The notes under the pieces are model-generated. The model was given only the letters and a program-made list of their open reading frames with translations. It was not told where the DNA came from and did not search any database. Positions 32,980 to 48,472 of a DNA stretch of 64,000 nt are shown one piece after another. The position numbers and the translations under genes are program-made. The first letter of the stretch is position 1; the number at the start of each line of letters is the position of its first letter. Origin of the DNA: Chiloscyllium plagiosum (Eukaryota); contig NC_057752.1 of the NCBI RefSeq assembly GCF_004010195.1, positions 4,896,879 through 4,960,878 of the forward strand. Direction: 5' to 3'.

Positions 32980-35000
32980 AAAGAGAGGACTGGAGATTAG
33001 AGTCAAGAGTGTGGTACTGGAAAAGCACAGCTGGTCAGGCAGCATCCGAGGAGCAGGAGAATCGATATTTTGGGCAAACACCCTTCTTCAGGAATGAGGC
33101 TGTGAGCCAAGGAATGGTGAGATAAATGGGAGGGAGGGGTAGGGCTGGGGGAGATTAGCTGAGAATGCATGAGGTGGATGGAGGTGAGGGTAATGGTGAT
33201 AGGTTGGAAAGGAGGGTGGTGCTGAGTTGGAACAGGGGTAAGGTGGGAGGGGAAATGAGGAAACTGGTGAAACTCACATTGATGCCGTGGGGTTGGAGGG
33301 TCCCAAGGCAGAAGATGAGGCATTCTTCTTCCAGGCATCGGGTGGTTAGGGAGTGGTGATGGAGGAGCACCAGGCTCTGCATGTCCTCGGCATTTTTATA
33401 GGAGGCAGGGTGGGAGGAGGTGTAGTCCAGGTAGCCGTGGATGTCGGTGGGTTTGTAGAAGATGTCAGTGTAGAGTCGGTCATCATTGATGGAGATGGAG
33501 AGATCCAGGAAGGGGAGGGAGGTGTTTGAGATGGTCCAGGTTAATTTAAGGTCATGGTGGAATGTGTTGGTGAATTGATGAACTGTTCAACCTCCTCATG
33601 AGAGCACAAGGTGGCGCCGATACAGTCATCAATGTCATGGAGGAAAAGGTGGAGAATGGTGCCGGTGTAACTGCGGAAGATGACTGTTCCATGTAAGAGA
33701 CAGGCATAGCTGGGCCCATGTGGGTGCCCATGGCTACCCCTTTTGTCTGGAGGAAATGGAAGGATTCAAAGGAGAAATTTTTGAGGGTGAGGACCAGTTC
33801 AGCCAAACGAATGAGATTATCAATGGAAGAGTACTTGTGGGGACGTCGGGAGAGGAAGAAATGGAAGCCCTCATCATGGCAGATGGAGGTGTATAGGGAC
33901 TGGATGTCCATGGTGAAGATGAGGTGTTGGGGGCCTTGGGAACGAAAGTCTTGGAGGATGTGGAGGCATAGCTGGTGTCCCAAATATATGTGGGGAGCTC
34001 CTGGACCAGGGGGAATAGGACAGTATCAAGGTATGTGGAGGTGAATTCGGTGGGGCAGGAGCAGGCCGAGACAATGGGTCAGCCGGGGTAGTCAGACTTG
34101 TGAATCTTGGGGAGGAGGTAGAACCGGACGGTGTGGGGTTCTACCTCCTCCCCAAGATTCACAAGTCTGACTACCCCGGCTGACCCATTGTCTCGGCCTG
34201 CTCCTGCCCCACCGAATTCACCTCCACATACCTTGATACTGTCCTATTCCCCCTGGTCCAGGAGCTCCCCACATATATTTGGGACACCAGCTATGCCTCC
34301 ACATCCTCCAAGACTTTCGTTCCCAAGGCCCCCAACACCTCATCTTCACCATGGACATCCAGTCCCTATACACCTCCATCTGCCATGATGAGGGCTTCCA
34401 TTTCTTCCTCTCCCGACGTCCCCACAAGTACTCTTCCATTGATAATCTCATTCGTTTGGCTGAACTGGTCCTCACCCTCAAAAATTTCTCCTTTGAATCC
34501 TTCCATTTCCTCCAGACAAAAGGGGTAGCCATGGGCACCCACATGGGCCCAGCTATGCCTGTCTCTTACATGGAACAGTCATCTTCCGCAGTTACACCGG
34601 CACCATTCTCCACCTTTTCCTCCATGACATTGATGACTGTATGGTCCTGGGCCTCCTTCACCGCCGCTCCCTCACCACCAGACGCCTGGAGGAAGAACGC
34701 CTCATCTTCCGCCTCGGAATATTTCAACCCCAGGGCATCAATGTGGACTTCACCAGTTTCCTCATTTCCCCTTCCCCCACCTCACCCTAGTTCTAAACTT
34801 CCAGCTCAGCAATGTCCCCATGACTTGTCCGGAGTTGTCCTACCTGCATATCTCCTTTTCCACCTATCCACTCCACCCTCTCCTCCCTGACCTATCACCT
34901 TCATCCCCTCCCCCACTCACCCATTGTAAAAGCTGTGCTCTTCCAGCACCACTAATCCAGAATCTGGTTTCCAGCATCTGCAGTCATTGTTTTTACCTCC
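32980..35000. mobile_element. Head-to-head Penelope-like element pair (RT region) with a central palindrome
   Basis: PLE RT motifs FTMDIQSLYTSI and FLQTKGVAMGTHMGP occur on both strands; arms 33620-34125 and 34137-34642. Confidence 0.88.
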
Positions 35001-35329
35001 TAGCTTATTAACATGACCATATTCTATCCGTACTATATCAAAGCATACTAATAGCTAGTTAAAACATCTCTGAATCCATAATGACTGAACTTAGAATTAG
35101 TGACTAAAAACATCTGAGGATGCATAATTAATGAGGAAAAAATTAATGTTTGTGAAATGTTTGTGAGATTATTCGCCATCATAATCCATTTGATTAGTTG
35201 AATCTGATTTTAAATATTCTTGTGTAATCAAAATATACAAGTCAGTATGAATTTTCTTTCTGACAAAATCCTCCTTTGTGGTGGCTCCAACTTTGCTTTG
35301 AAAATGATAAAGAGACTAAAAAATTGCAC

Positions 35330-35435
35330 ATGCTGGAATCCAAGGTAGACAAGCAGGAATCTGGAAGAACACAGCAAGCCAGGCAGCATCAGGAGGTGGA
35401 GAAGTCGGGTTCGGGTATAACTTCTTCAGGACTGG
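35330..35435 (-). mobile_element. Penelope-like tail fragment
   Basis: Reverse strand agtcCTGAAGAagttatacccGAAcccgact, homologous to the copy at 13610. Confidence 0.6.
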
Positions 35436-36824
35436 ACTCAAAATGATAAAAGCATACACTGAATGATCTGCATTGAGAGCACACAAGACATCTAAACAAC
35501 AGCAAATTATATAGCTCCTTTAATGTAGAGTTCATAGGAACATTATAGCACAAAGTATGACACATGCTTCAGAAAGTGGTATTAGGACAGATGACTGAAA
35601 GCCTGGTTTAAATGGTAGGTTTTAAGATATCTCTGAAGGGAGAGAAGAGAGAACACAGAATTCCAGAGCTTGTGGTCCAGACAACTGATGTCACAAACAC
35701 GAATGGTAGGTCTATAAATATTGGGAATACTCAACAGGCCATGTTTAGAGCAGTACAGATATCCCAAAGTGTTGTACATTTGTAAATTACAGGGATGGCG
35801 AGGGGTGAGGCTATGCATGGATTTGAAAACAAGGTTGAGAATTTTAAAACCAAGACACTGCTTCGCTGGGAGCAATTGCATATCAGCGAGAACAGGGGTG
35901 ATAGATGAATGCCTTTTCCTGCAAATTAAGACGGGGCAGTTGTGTTTTGGATTACCGCAGGTTTAAGGAGGATGGTGGGTCAGATATAAATACAGTATAA
36001 ATGAATGCAACATTTGGGAGAGTTAAGCAGATGTTTCTGTACACTATGGACGGGTTGGACCGAAGGGTCTGTTTCCATGCTGTACATCTCTCTGACTCTC
36101 TGTCCTCGGCGGCAATAGTACTCGGTTCCTGAGTGTGGGGTTCGGCCACTCATGGGTTCATGTGGCAGGTCCAGCCACATCCACACCAGCTTCATTATTG
36201 TCTTTCCAACTCGGTCATTTCATTTTGGTTTGGTTGCTCTGGGGCGTCCTCCTGTGGGAGGCCGGAGCCCTGTGTATCTTCATCCCCGCTCAATCATGGG
36301 TGGCGGTGTCAGAAGACGAGATGGAATCTGTCAGTTGACTCAGAGCAAGGACCCATCAGTCAATGTCCAGCATTGGAGGAGGTGCGGGACCCCCGCAGTG
36401 TGACGGTCTCCAGCTCGGAAGCGGCTGATGCAAAAGCGATGTGAAAAGGAGCACATTGCCAGGACCCCAGGGACGATGTCAAACTGGATGGGCAGAGAGT
36501 GTGAACTCTATGGAGGGCGGGGGAGATGAACTTTTTAAGCTGTTTCAGTTTTTGTCATATCAATTTAATATTAATTTATTCAATATTTTACCGTTTGTAC
36601 AATTTATTCAGTAATTTATTCTGGAATCCAAGACGGTGCTGAAACGTGGCGGCGGCATTATACACTTTCACTGTACCGAGGTACAAGTGATAATATTAAA
36701 TAAATCGAAGTCTAAAGTGATCATTAAGTAAATCCAGTCCACGAATGTCAGTACAGGACTGGGGTTAGCTAATCTCAGCAGAGTAGCAATATAAAATTGA
36801 ACTGGACCTCCCAATAAATGATCT

Positions 36825-36925
36825 CCACATTCCTGATGAAGGGCTTATATGCTGGAAAGGTCGACTCTCCTGCTCTTCCGATGCTGCTTGACTGACTGCT
36901 TTTCGGGCACTACACTTCTTAACTC
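36825..36925 (+). mobile_element. Penelope-like tail with hammerhead-like motif
   Basis: CTGATGA-aGGGC-ttatat-GCTG-GAAAG-GTC-gac at 36833-36865. Confidence 0.65.
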
Positions 36926-37710
36926 CATATAAATGGTCAGAGGTCAGGAATTAGACCACAAGAAGCAGAAACTAGGCCATTCGGCCAATCGAGTCTGCTC
37001 CGCCATCCGATCAGGTTATTTAACCCCATTTTCCCGCTTTCTCCCAGTAATCTTTGATCCCCTTGGCAATCAAGTACTTATCTATCTCTGTTTTAAATAT
37101 ACTCAATGGCCTGGCCTCCACAGCCTTCTGTGGCAATGAATTTCACAGGTTCACCACTCTCTGGCTGAACAAGCTTTTCCTTATCTCTGTTCTAAGGCTG
37201 TGCCCTCAGGTCCTGGTCTCTCTTGCCAATGGAAACATCTTCCCAACATCCACTCTGTCCAGGCCATTCAGTACTCTGTATGTTTGAATCAGATCCCTCC
37301 ACCACCAAACCCCCCCCCCCGCCACCCCATCCTTCTAAACTTAATCAAGTGTAGGCCCAGAGTCCTCAACAGTTCCTCATATGTTAAGCCTTTCATTAAT
37401 TCTGCAGTGAGTAACTCTTGTCTCCACAATGCCTGTTCAGCATCTACAAGGTTGTTGGAGATCAGTCATCTCAGGTCCAGGGCCTCATTATAGGAGTTCC
37501 TCAGGGTAATGTCCTATGCCAAACCATCTTCACTTACTTCATCAATGACCTTGCCATCATCATAAGGTCAGAAATGGGGATGTTCACTAACATTTGCAAT
37601 GTTCAGAACCATTCGCATTTTTTTAGATACCAACACAGTCCATTATAAATGCAGCAAGATCTGTATAATGTTTCAGGCTTGTGTTGGAAAGTGGCAAGAT
37701 TCACGTGTGG

Positions 37711-38310
37711 TGTGACAATGCTGCTCCTTTAACAAAGTCATGCTGTCCTTGGCTTTTTTTAGTGAGGTCATAAAAGCAGCGATTCCGAAAAGTCTGAGTT
37801 TAACTACTTGAGAATGCTTTCAAGTTTAAAAAAAAACACTTTTACAATGAAAGTGAATTGGCCATTTTTCCCAGCTCAGCTTTCCTCTGGTTTGGTTTGG
37901 TCTGGCTGTTCACTGAAAGCAGTCAGTCAATTGTTTGCTGCAAAGAAGCAGGTCCATGCTGATCCTCCCTCTCTCTGACATCTTTCGTGTAAGACGTTGT
38001 GTTTGATTTTACCTTTTTTTTGCCAGGGGTATTTATGGGGATTGTTCAAGGAATTTGGAACAGCATCATTAAGCTGGGATAATTTGTTGGGTTTTCAGAT
38101 AGGTTACGTTATTCCATATTCTGTTCTCTTTCGTTTGTGTTTCATTCGGTAATCTTGCAAATAAATTCTGTTTTGTTTAAAACTAAGTTGCTGGGCCAGC
38201 TGCATCACTCCTGGAATATCCACGTTACATCTGCTTAAAACTACTAGCAAAATTAGGGTCTGGGCTACTTTCTTACAATATTTTGAAGGGGTCTGGTCTG
38301 GTCCATAACA
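37711..38310 (+). mobile_element. Solo LTR (600 bp) with 4-bp target-site duplication
   Basis: Starts TGT and ends ACA; flanked by GTGG on both sides (37707-37710 and 38311-38314); internal CATAAAA and AATAAA; CR1 sequence resumes on the right flank. Confidence 0.75.
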
Positions 38311-38651
38311 GTGGAATAAACTTTCTGAGGAAGTGGTGGATGTGGTACAATTACAACATTTAAAAGACACTTAGATAAATACATGAATAATAAATGTTTG
38401 GAGGGATATGGGTCAGGAGCAGGCAGATGGGACTAGTTTAGTTTGGGATTATGTTCGGAATGGATGGTTTGGACCGAAAGGTGTGTTTCTGTGCTGTATG
38501 ATTCTATAGGCACCAGGCAATGTCCATTTCCAACAAAAAAGAATCTAACCGTCACCCATTTGACATGCAATAGTATTACCAACACTCAGTCCCCAATATC
38601 AACATTCTGGGAGTTACCATTGGCCAGAAACCAATTTGGACTAACCAAATA

Positions 38652-38825
38652 CAAAGGAACCTTGATTATACGAAGGACACAGGTGGGGAGTATTTTGGTC
38701 AGTTAATTGAATTCGGGATAATCGAATGCCGGATAACATAGTTTAGCCAAGCATCAGGACCTTATGATCTTGCTGGATAATCTGATATTCGGATTATCGA
38801 ATGCCGGATAATAGAGGTTCCTCTG
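38652..38825. mobile_element. Tc1/mariner-superfamily (Tigger/pogo-like) MITE, 174 bp
   Basis: TIRs CAAAGGAACCTTGATTATACG and CGGATAATAGAGGTTCCTCTG (17/21 match), TA on both sides, internal ggataatcgaatgcc subrepeats. Confidence 0.8.
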
Positions 38826-39619
38826 TAAATATAGTGGCTCCAACAACAAGTCAGAGGCTAGGAATACTGCAGCAAGTAACTCACCTCATGACTCCCTAAA
38901 TGTTGTCCACTGTTTACAAGGCAGAAGTCAGGAGTATGATGGAATAATCCCCACTTGCCTGGATGGGTGCAGCTCCAACAACACTCAAGAAGCTTGACAC
39001 CATTCAGGTCAAAGCTGCCCAGTTGTTTGGCACTACATCCACAATCATCCACTCTCTCTACTACTGAGACAGAGTACAGCAGTGTGTACGATCTACAAGA
39101 TGCACATCAGAAATTCACCAAAACTTCATAGACAGCACATTCCAAACCCATGGCCACTACCATTTGAAGATAGGTACACAGAAACACCACCATCTGCAAG
39201 TTCTCCTCCAAGGAGAAAGTGAGGGCTGCAGATGCTGGAGATCAGAGCAGATCCTGTTCCTTGGATGCTGCCTGACCTGCTGCGCTTTTCCAGCAACAAG
39301 TTCTTCTCCAACCCAATCATCATCCTGATTTGGAAATATATTGCTGCTCCTTCATCATCGCTGGATCAAAATCCTGGAATTACTTCCCTAACAGCATTAT
39401 GGGTGTACCTAAACCAAATAAACTGCAGCAGATCAAGAAGGCAGCTCAACACCACTTTCTTAAGGACACCTGGAGATGGGCATTGAGCCCATTAGGATTC
39501 ACTCAGCCAGTGAAGCCCACATTCCATGAATTGATTTTTTAAAAAAAGCACTTCAACATCTCACCACTCCTCCGAGGATATCTTCCAAACTTACAACCTC
39601 TAGAAATTAGAAGAAGAAG

Positions 39620-39896
39620 GGTTCAATTCCCGCCTCGGGCGACTGACTGTGTGGAGTTTTCACGTTCTCCCCATGTCTGCGTGGGTTTCCTCCGGGTGCT
39701 CCGGTTTCCTCCCACAGTCCAAAGATGTGCAGGTCAGGTGAATTGGCCATGCTAAATTGCCCGTAGTGTTAGGTAAGGGGTAGATGTAGGAGTATGGGTG
39801 GGTTGCGCTTCGGCGGGGCGGTGTGGACTTGTTGGGCCGAAGGGCCTGTTTCCACACTGTAAATAATCTAATCTAATCTAATCTAATCTAATCTAA
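39620..39896 (+). mobile_element. 5'-truncated HE1-like SINE with (TAATC)n tail
   Basis: B box gggttcaattccc, SINE body, about six TAATC units. Confidence 0.85.
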
Positions 39897-41139
39897 AAGA
39901 TGAATAAGAACAGCCTCACATGCAAGTTCCCCTCCAAGCCACACAGTCTGATTTGAAACTAATTGGCCATTACTTAATTATTGCTGGGCCAAAATCCTGG
40001 AACTCCCTCTGTAACAGCACCATGGATGTCCCCAGAACCCAAGAATTGCATAAGTTTAAGAAAGCAATTCACCAGCAACTTCTCTAAGCAGTTAGGGACT
40101 GGCAACAAATACTGGCATAGCCAGTGAGGCCCACAGCCCATGAAGAAAGAAAAAAATGTGGTTATAGAGGAGAGAAATCTGACTGCTCTTATTTACTGGA
40201 AAGTGTTCTCAGGTGGAAAGGAGGATTTAGCTTCCTGAGGACAAACATACCCCCATTTCACTGACACACAATCAAATAATCCATCTGGCACATGAAAAGT
40301 GGCCACTTGGCTTAAAATATTAAAAGTTAACAGCTCCCCTGGGTTTCTGAATGGGTTTAGCAATATTTTATGAGTTGGCCCTTGAGAAAAATATGACACG
40401 TGGAGAGGACCAGCCCTTGAATGACTTTACTGAGTTATTCACTGATACACATGGACCCGTTTCACTTTATCATGAGAGCAGAACATTTGGGCAGTGGTTT
40501 CCAAAGTCCCAATGATCCCCAGTTCTTCTTCCTAAATTTTCCATACCAAGCAACTTAGCACTTAGGGAGCTGTCATGCACAGTTGATCAACTAACTGACA
40601 ACAAATAAAGTGTGACCTCATAGAAAAGCACAGTTTTTCTGATTCACTTTGTCAAAGTACATGAGAACAACTACGGTCCAGGAAACGAAATGGCAAGGAA
40701 AACAAAACAGGCATTTAAAACATTCCACATTTGACTGTTTTAAAGTGATTTCAGCAATTAAACCAATTTTTAACTCTGTTTTCTCTCCAGAGATGCTGCC
40801 AGATCCGCTGAGTTTCTTCAGGGTTCTCTGTCTTTGTTGAATATATTTTAATGTTTCAATGCAAGGTTAAAGGAGATTGTTTTATCTCAAGTGGGGATTT
40901 AGGTCATAGCTTGATTATCTTGTCCAAACACTGCTCTTGTGTGAGCCTCAAGTGTTGAGAAGCCAGCATCTAGCATTTTGATTCCTCCTTTATCTGAAAT
41001 TTGTGCCTAAGAACACATAAATGATTGACATTTTGTATAACATCCAAAGTGGATCCAGTGGCGCAATGCATAACTCATTTGATTCCGAAAGAGAGGATTA
41101 TAGGTTGAACCCCTATCTGGGTTGAGTGTAAACTTTTAG

Positions 41140-41447
41140 GGCAGCATGGTGGCTCAGTGGTTAGCACTGCTGCCTCACAACACCAGGAACTCTGGTTCGA
41201 TTCCCTACTTGGGCAACTGTCTATGTGGAGTTTGTTCTTTCTCCCCGTGCCTGCATGGGTTTCCTCCCACAATCCAATGATGTGCAAGTCAAGTAAATTG
41301 GCCATGCTAAATTGCTCATAGTGTTAGGTGCATTAGTCAGGGGTAAATATAGGGTAGGGGAATGGGTCTGGGTTACTCTTTGAAGGATTGGTGTGGATTT
41401 GTTGTGTTGAAGGGCCTGTTTCCATACTGTAGGGAATCTAATCTAAT
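41140..41447 (+). mobile_element. HE1-like SINE
   Basis: Full head, body and aatctaatcta tail. Confidence 0.8.
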
Positions 41448-41588
41448 TTTTAATATACCTTACAGGAACAATTATCAAATTTCAACACCAAGCCACATAA
41501 GTAGATATAGTACAGGTGGGCAACAACCACCTGTAGTGAAGTAGAGTGAAAAACAGCGGTGATGGGCAAGTCATGCCTACCCTTCCCC

Positions 41589-41798
41589 CCCCACCATGAT
41601 GGCCTCGGCACAGGCTTACTTATGGGGAAAACACAGTAAAGTTGATATGAGGAATGTCATAATGCTATGCATGTGGGCGGCACGGTGGCACAGTGGTTAG
41701 CACTGCTGCCTCACCCCACCATGATGGCCTCGGCACAGGCTTACTTATGGGGAAAACACAGTAAAGTTGATATGAGGAATGTCATAATGCTATGCATG
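41589..41798 (+). repeat. Exact 85-bp direct repeat (41589-41673 and 41714-41798) flanking a 40-bp SINE head
   Basis: Direct comparison. Confidence 0.9.
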
Positions 41799-42996
41799 CT
41801 AGGGACCCAATGATCTATTCTTCCTATTTTTAATGGTCTTATAACAAGACATTTCCTTGTTCAGGTGCAATACCCTCTAAATGTGGTCAAACCAATAACC
41901 TGTATAATGATAGAATCACACCCTTTGATTTACAATTAATGATTCAAATACCCAATATCTATTAACATTAGCTCCCTCTCCACTATTCACCATCAACATT
42001 GAGTGATCTGTGCGTAAGTAAGAACTAAATCTCTCAATTTCTTTCAGCAAAGTTCCCTGCAAACGATATATGTGGTCTCTATTGGTCACAACCAACGTGT
42101 ATGACACTACATTTGTCAGATTTTGATTTAATCTGCAAATTTACTATATACTGTATACCCTAACATACTAGTCCAGAGTGGGTGTGATTCTGCCATTACA
42201 AATCACAATGGACCAATGCTTTCTTGCTTTACAACTTTCACGACCATTCCTTTTAATTTTTGTTCAATGCCATCATTGTCATTGAATATCTCCCATCCAT
42301 TGCCTTAGCCCTTTTGTTCTTCCTCCCCCTCCCCCCTTTCAATAGCATTACTCTTTCCACAGATGCTGCCAGATCTGCTGAGTACTTCCAGAATTCTCTA
42401 GTTTTTATTTTAGATTTCTAGAACTTGCAGTGTTTTGCTTTTATTCAACCTCCTGGGAGAGAACAGAATAAATGGTTATGATAGCTTTAGATTATATAAT
42501 AAGGGAAAAAGATCTAGTGGAATTAAATCACCAGCATGGACTGGTGGACAGGGTGGTCTATTTCTGTGCTGCATAGATTTATAATCAACATATTCTTTTA
42601 AAAAGTGCTCTATTATTAAAACACCATTTACGTGCAACACTTCCATCGTATAAACATTATATGATTTATGGGAAATTAATTATTCGAAATTAATTTGAAA
42701 ACGGTTTCTTCAAATAAATTTGAGAACCACTGGCCCAGATAATGTGCGCAAATCTCTGGAGCAGGACTTGAATTCGCAATCTCCGATTAAAAGACCAGAA
42801 AGGTACCATTGAGACAAAAAGCTGATATCTGATGCTTTCAAGGTTGTCTATTACAGATCGAAAAGTTCCCGTTCTAAAGAGAATTGGGCAGCTTTATACT
42901 GCACAACCTCCATTTCAATGTTATCCAGGCTAAAACCACAGGTCCAATATTTTACGTTGCCGTGATATAGCAAATCGAATGCATTTTTAAAATAGC

Positions 42997-45159
<2,163 letters not shown>

Positions 45160-45767
45160 GCTTGAATTACTATCCCACTCACAAATGCATATTGTGGTGT
45201 GAGCTCCAGCCTCAGTTAATATTGGTGTTTTTTAAGGGTACCTTTTAGTACATTGTAGCATATGTAGCTGTCTTTACAGTGATCTCTGGTCTGATTATGT
45301 CTGTTTGTCTATGCATAATCTTTTGTCTGATGCAATAAAGGAGCTTATTGGTCTCAATTTGTTTCTTTTTGTCAATAGTTGCATTCATTTAAATCACTTT
45401 CTTGATTCCTGTTACCCTTGCCTTAAGAAAAGTCTCACTTGGAACATTCAATTGAGTGGTTGGGCACAAGTTGTACTCTTACGAGCATCCTTATTTGAGG
45501 ATTTTTTTTTAAACTTATGGTTGAACCCTCTGCATTAATCTAATTTCAGTGCTGCTACCTGCAGTGTTTTGTTTTATCTAGACGTGCTATGATGTGTAAC
45601 TTGGTATTGGCAGCAAGCTTTGCTATGCTGTTGTCACCAAAATGCTAATGCATGTCTTAATTAAACCTGAAGTTGAATTGCTGTGCAGGCTATATTATGC
45701 TTTTTGAAATATAATGCAAAAATGCAGGTGCAGCAAGCAATTAATGTGACCAATGTGGAGGAGCTTG

Positions 45768-48472
45768 TTAAAAATCACAACACCAGCCTATAGTTCCAAC
45801 AGGATGATTTTTGGGAGCACTAGCTTTCAGAACACTACTTTGTGTAGCTCTGGGGCCGGATCATAAGACAGAATTTATAGCACAAGATCATAGTGTCATT
45901 CAACTGAAATGATTGAACAAACCTAAAATAAGTTTTTATCTTGGAATGGGTTGCAGGTTTCAGTTCACATGTAAATCCTAGAACTTCTTTCAAGTCACGT
46001 TCTTGATAACTTTAAGGTTTTAAAAAGTGACATCTCAGCTCAGACAATACACTTAAAAGCATGAGGTTTGAATTTGTCTCTCCCATCTTAAGTCAGACTA
46101 GTTTCACTTACAAAGTAGCAATTTATTAATGAATTGACTGCAGATTGTGCCTTTTGAGCAAAATAGAATGTTTCTGTAAATTATAGTTTCACCCCATAGA
46201 CCTGTGTATACAGAAATGAGTGCTGGTGTAAAACCAGAGGGTGTGCACATGTGTGAAAGTGGGGGGGGGCAAGGTGTATGATGGTTTGTGTGTATGGTGT
46301 AGTGGGGTCACGTGTAGTTGAGGCCTCTGCTCAGTCACTCTCCATTGTTGCAAATCCTGAAGTATGCCTTGGCGCATAGTCAGCTGAAGATCTGATGCTG
46401 AATGTTCCTGACTACAATGTTTCCTAACTGGGAGGGAACACTTTGGTGGTTGGGTGGTGTCCGTTCGTCTGTTGTCATAGCATCTGCTTGGTCTCACCAA
46501 TGTACCATACTGCAGGCAAGGATGCCCTGACCTATGAGACAACACTAGCCAAGTCACATGAGTACCTGCTATGTCCATGGTTAGTGGTGTCTGTGTTGAC
46601 ACTGACATATCTTGCAGTGGTTACCATGACAGGGTTGTATAATGTTGTCCTGAATGCAGGGTGGTTTGCTGCAAACAATGGTCTGGTTTCAGGTTTGGCA
46701 GTTGTTTAAAAGTGACAAGTGGAAGCATAGGGAAGGTCTTGGCGAGGTGCTCATTCTCATTGATATGTTGCAGGATGTAAAGAACATGGTGCAGTTTCTC
46801 TGCTCCCAGAATGACTGGATAAAGGGTACCTGAGTGGTTGCATCCCATGTCGCTTCCTGACGAGGTCATTAGTTTCTTGCTGTGGCACATTGGACCTGGT
46901 GATCAATGAGTTGAGCATCGTACCCTGTTTTTGAGGGCATTCTTGAGCATCTTCAGGTGTCTGTTGTGTTCCTCCTCATCTGAATAGATCCCATGTATGC
47001 GTAGGGGATGGCTGTTTTAATGTTTAGGGTGGAAGCTGAGAAGTACAGCATCATGAGGTTATCTGTGGGTTTGCAGTATTGAGGTGCCTTTCATTCTTGG
47101 AGATTTGTCCAAGAATGAGATTGATACTAAGGAGTAGTCCATGGTAAGTCTGATGGTGGAATGATGATATTACTAGTTTCAGTGATTCCTTGCCATGAGG
47201 CCAGAGGAAGAAGATGTCAATATATCTGGTGTTTCATGCTGTTAAGGCTCACTCGCTCACTGAATTTGCAGTTGCAGAATTATATTCACAGATACAAAAT
47301 AGAATCTTTTTGAGCAAAGTAGAATCTGCAGGGAGTCAATGCATGTAATATTTTATAAATTCCTACTTTAGAAACATAGAGTCATAGTCATAGAGATGTA
47401 CAGCATGGAAACATACCCTTCGGTCCAACCCGTCCATGCCGACCAGATATCCCAACCCAATCTAGTCCCACCTGCCAGCACCCGGCCCATATCCCTCCAA
47501 ACCCTTCCTATTCATATACCCATCCAAATGCTTCTTAAATGTTGCAATTGTACTGGCCTCCACCACTTCCTCTGCCAGCTCATTCCATACCCGTGCCACC
47601 CTCTGTGTGAAAAGGTTGCCCCTTAGGTCTCTTGTAAATCTTTCCCCTCTCACCCTAAACCTATGCCCTCTAGTTCTGGACTCCCTGACCCCAGGGAAAA
47701 GACTTTGCCTACTTACCCTAACCATGCCCCTCATAATTTTGTAAACCTCTATATGGTCACCCCTCCGCCTCCGACACTGCAGGGAACACAGCCCCGGCCT
47801 GTTCAACCTCTCCCTGTAGCTCAAATCCTCCAACCCTGCAACATCCTTGTAAATCTTTTCTGAACCCTGTCAAGTTTCACAACATCTTTCTGCAATATTC
47901 CAACAGTGGCCTAAACGATGTCCTGTACAGCTGCAACATGACATCCCAACTCCTGTACTCAATACTCTGACCAATAAAAGAAAGGTAACCTTCTTCGCTG
48001 TCCACTACACCTCCAATTTTGGTGTCATCTGCAAACCTACTAACTGTACCTCTTATGCTCGCATCCAAGTCATTTATGTAAATGATAAAAAGTAGAGGAC
48101 CCAGCACCAGAACTAATCTGACTCAAGATTGGGATACAAACAGACTTTAAACTCACACCTTTAATGCATTGTCTGAGCTGAGATGTCACTTTTTTTATAT
48201 GAAACTTTTAAGTTATCTCAAGAGTGTGACTTGAAAGAAGTTCTGGGATTTATATATTAATGAACTGAAACCTGCAACCCATTCTAAAAGATGAAAGACT
48301 TAACAGCAATTTAGGTTTGTTCAATATATCATTTCAGTTGTATGACACTAATCTTTTGCTATAAATTCTGTCTTATGATCCTGTTCTACAACTACCTGAT
48401 GGAGCAGCATGCGGAAAGGTAGTGCTTCTAAATAAACCTGTTGGACTATAACTTGATGTTGTGATTTTTAAA
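45768..48472. mobile_element. Penelope-like element (another family) with inverted terminal repeats (about 45768-46180 minus; 47285-48472 plus); RT and GIY-YIG remnants on the minus strand
   Basis: Arms are reverse complements (e.g. gtgacatctcagctcagacaat / attgtctgagctgagatgtcac); hammerhead-like remnants near both outer ends. Confidence 0.75.
47376..48107 (-). mobile_element. CR1 LINE 3' fragment nested in the right arm of the PLE
   Basis: LGPLLFIIYINDLD, FADDTKIGG, RGNLFTQRVARVWNEL; tail ctctatgactatgactctat. Confidence 0.9.

Noticed and set aside
38700-38815. Short spaced repeats (ggataatcgaatgcc) superficially CRISPR-like
   Set aside because: Subterminal repeats of a TA-flanked MITE in eukaryotic DNA, with no regular spacers and no cas genes.
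40492-42732. Possible hAT TIR pair CAGTGGTTTCCAAA ... TTTGAGAACCACTG about 2.2 kb apart
   Set aside because: No matching target duplication or transposase remnant, so the two ends cannot be linked.
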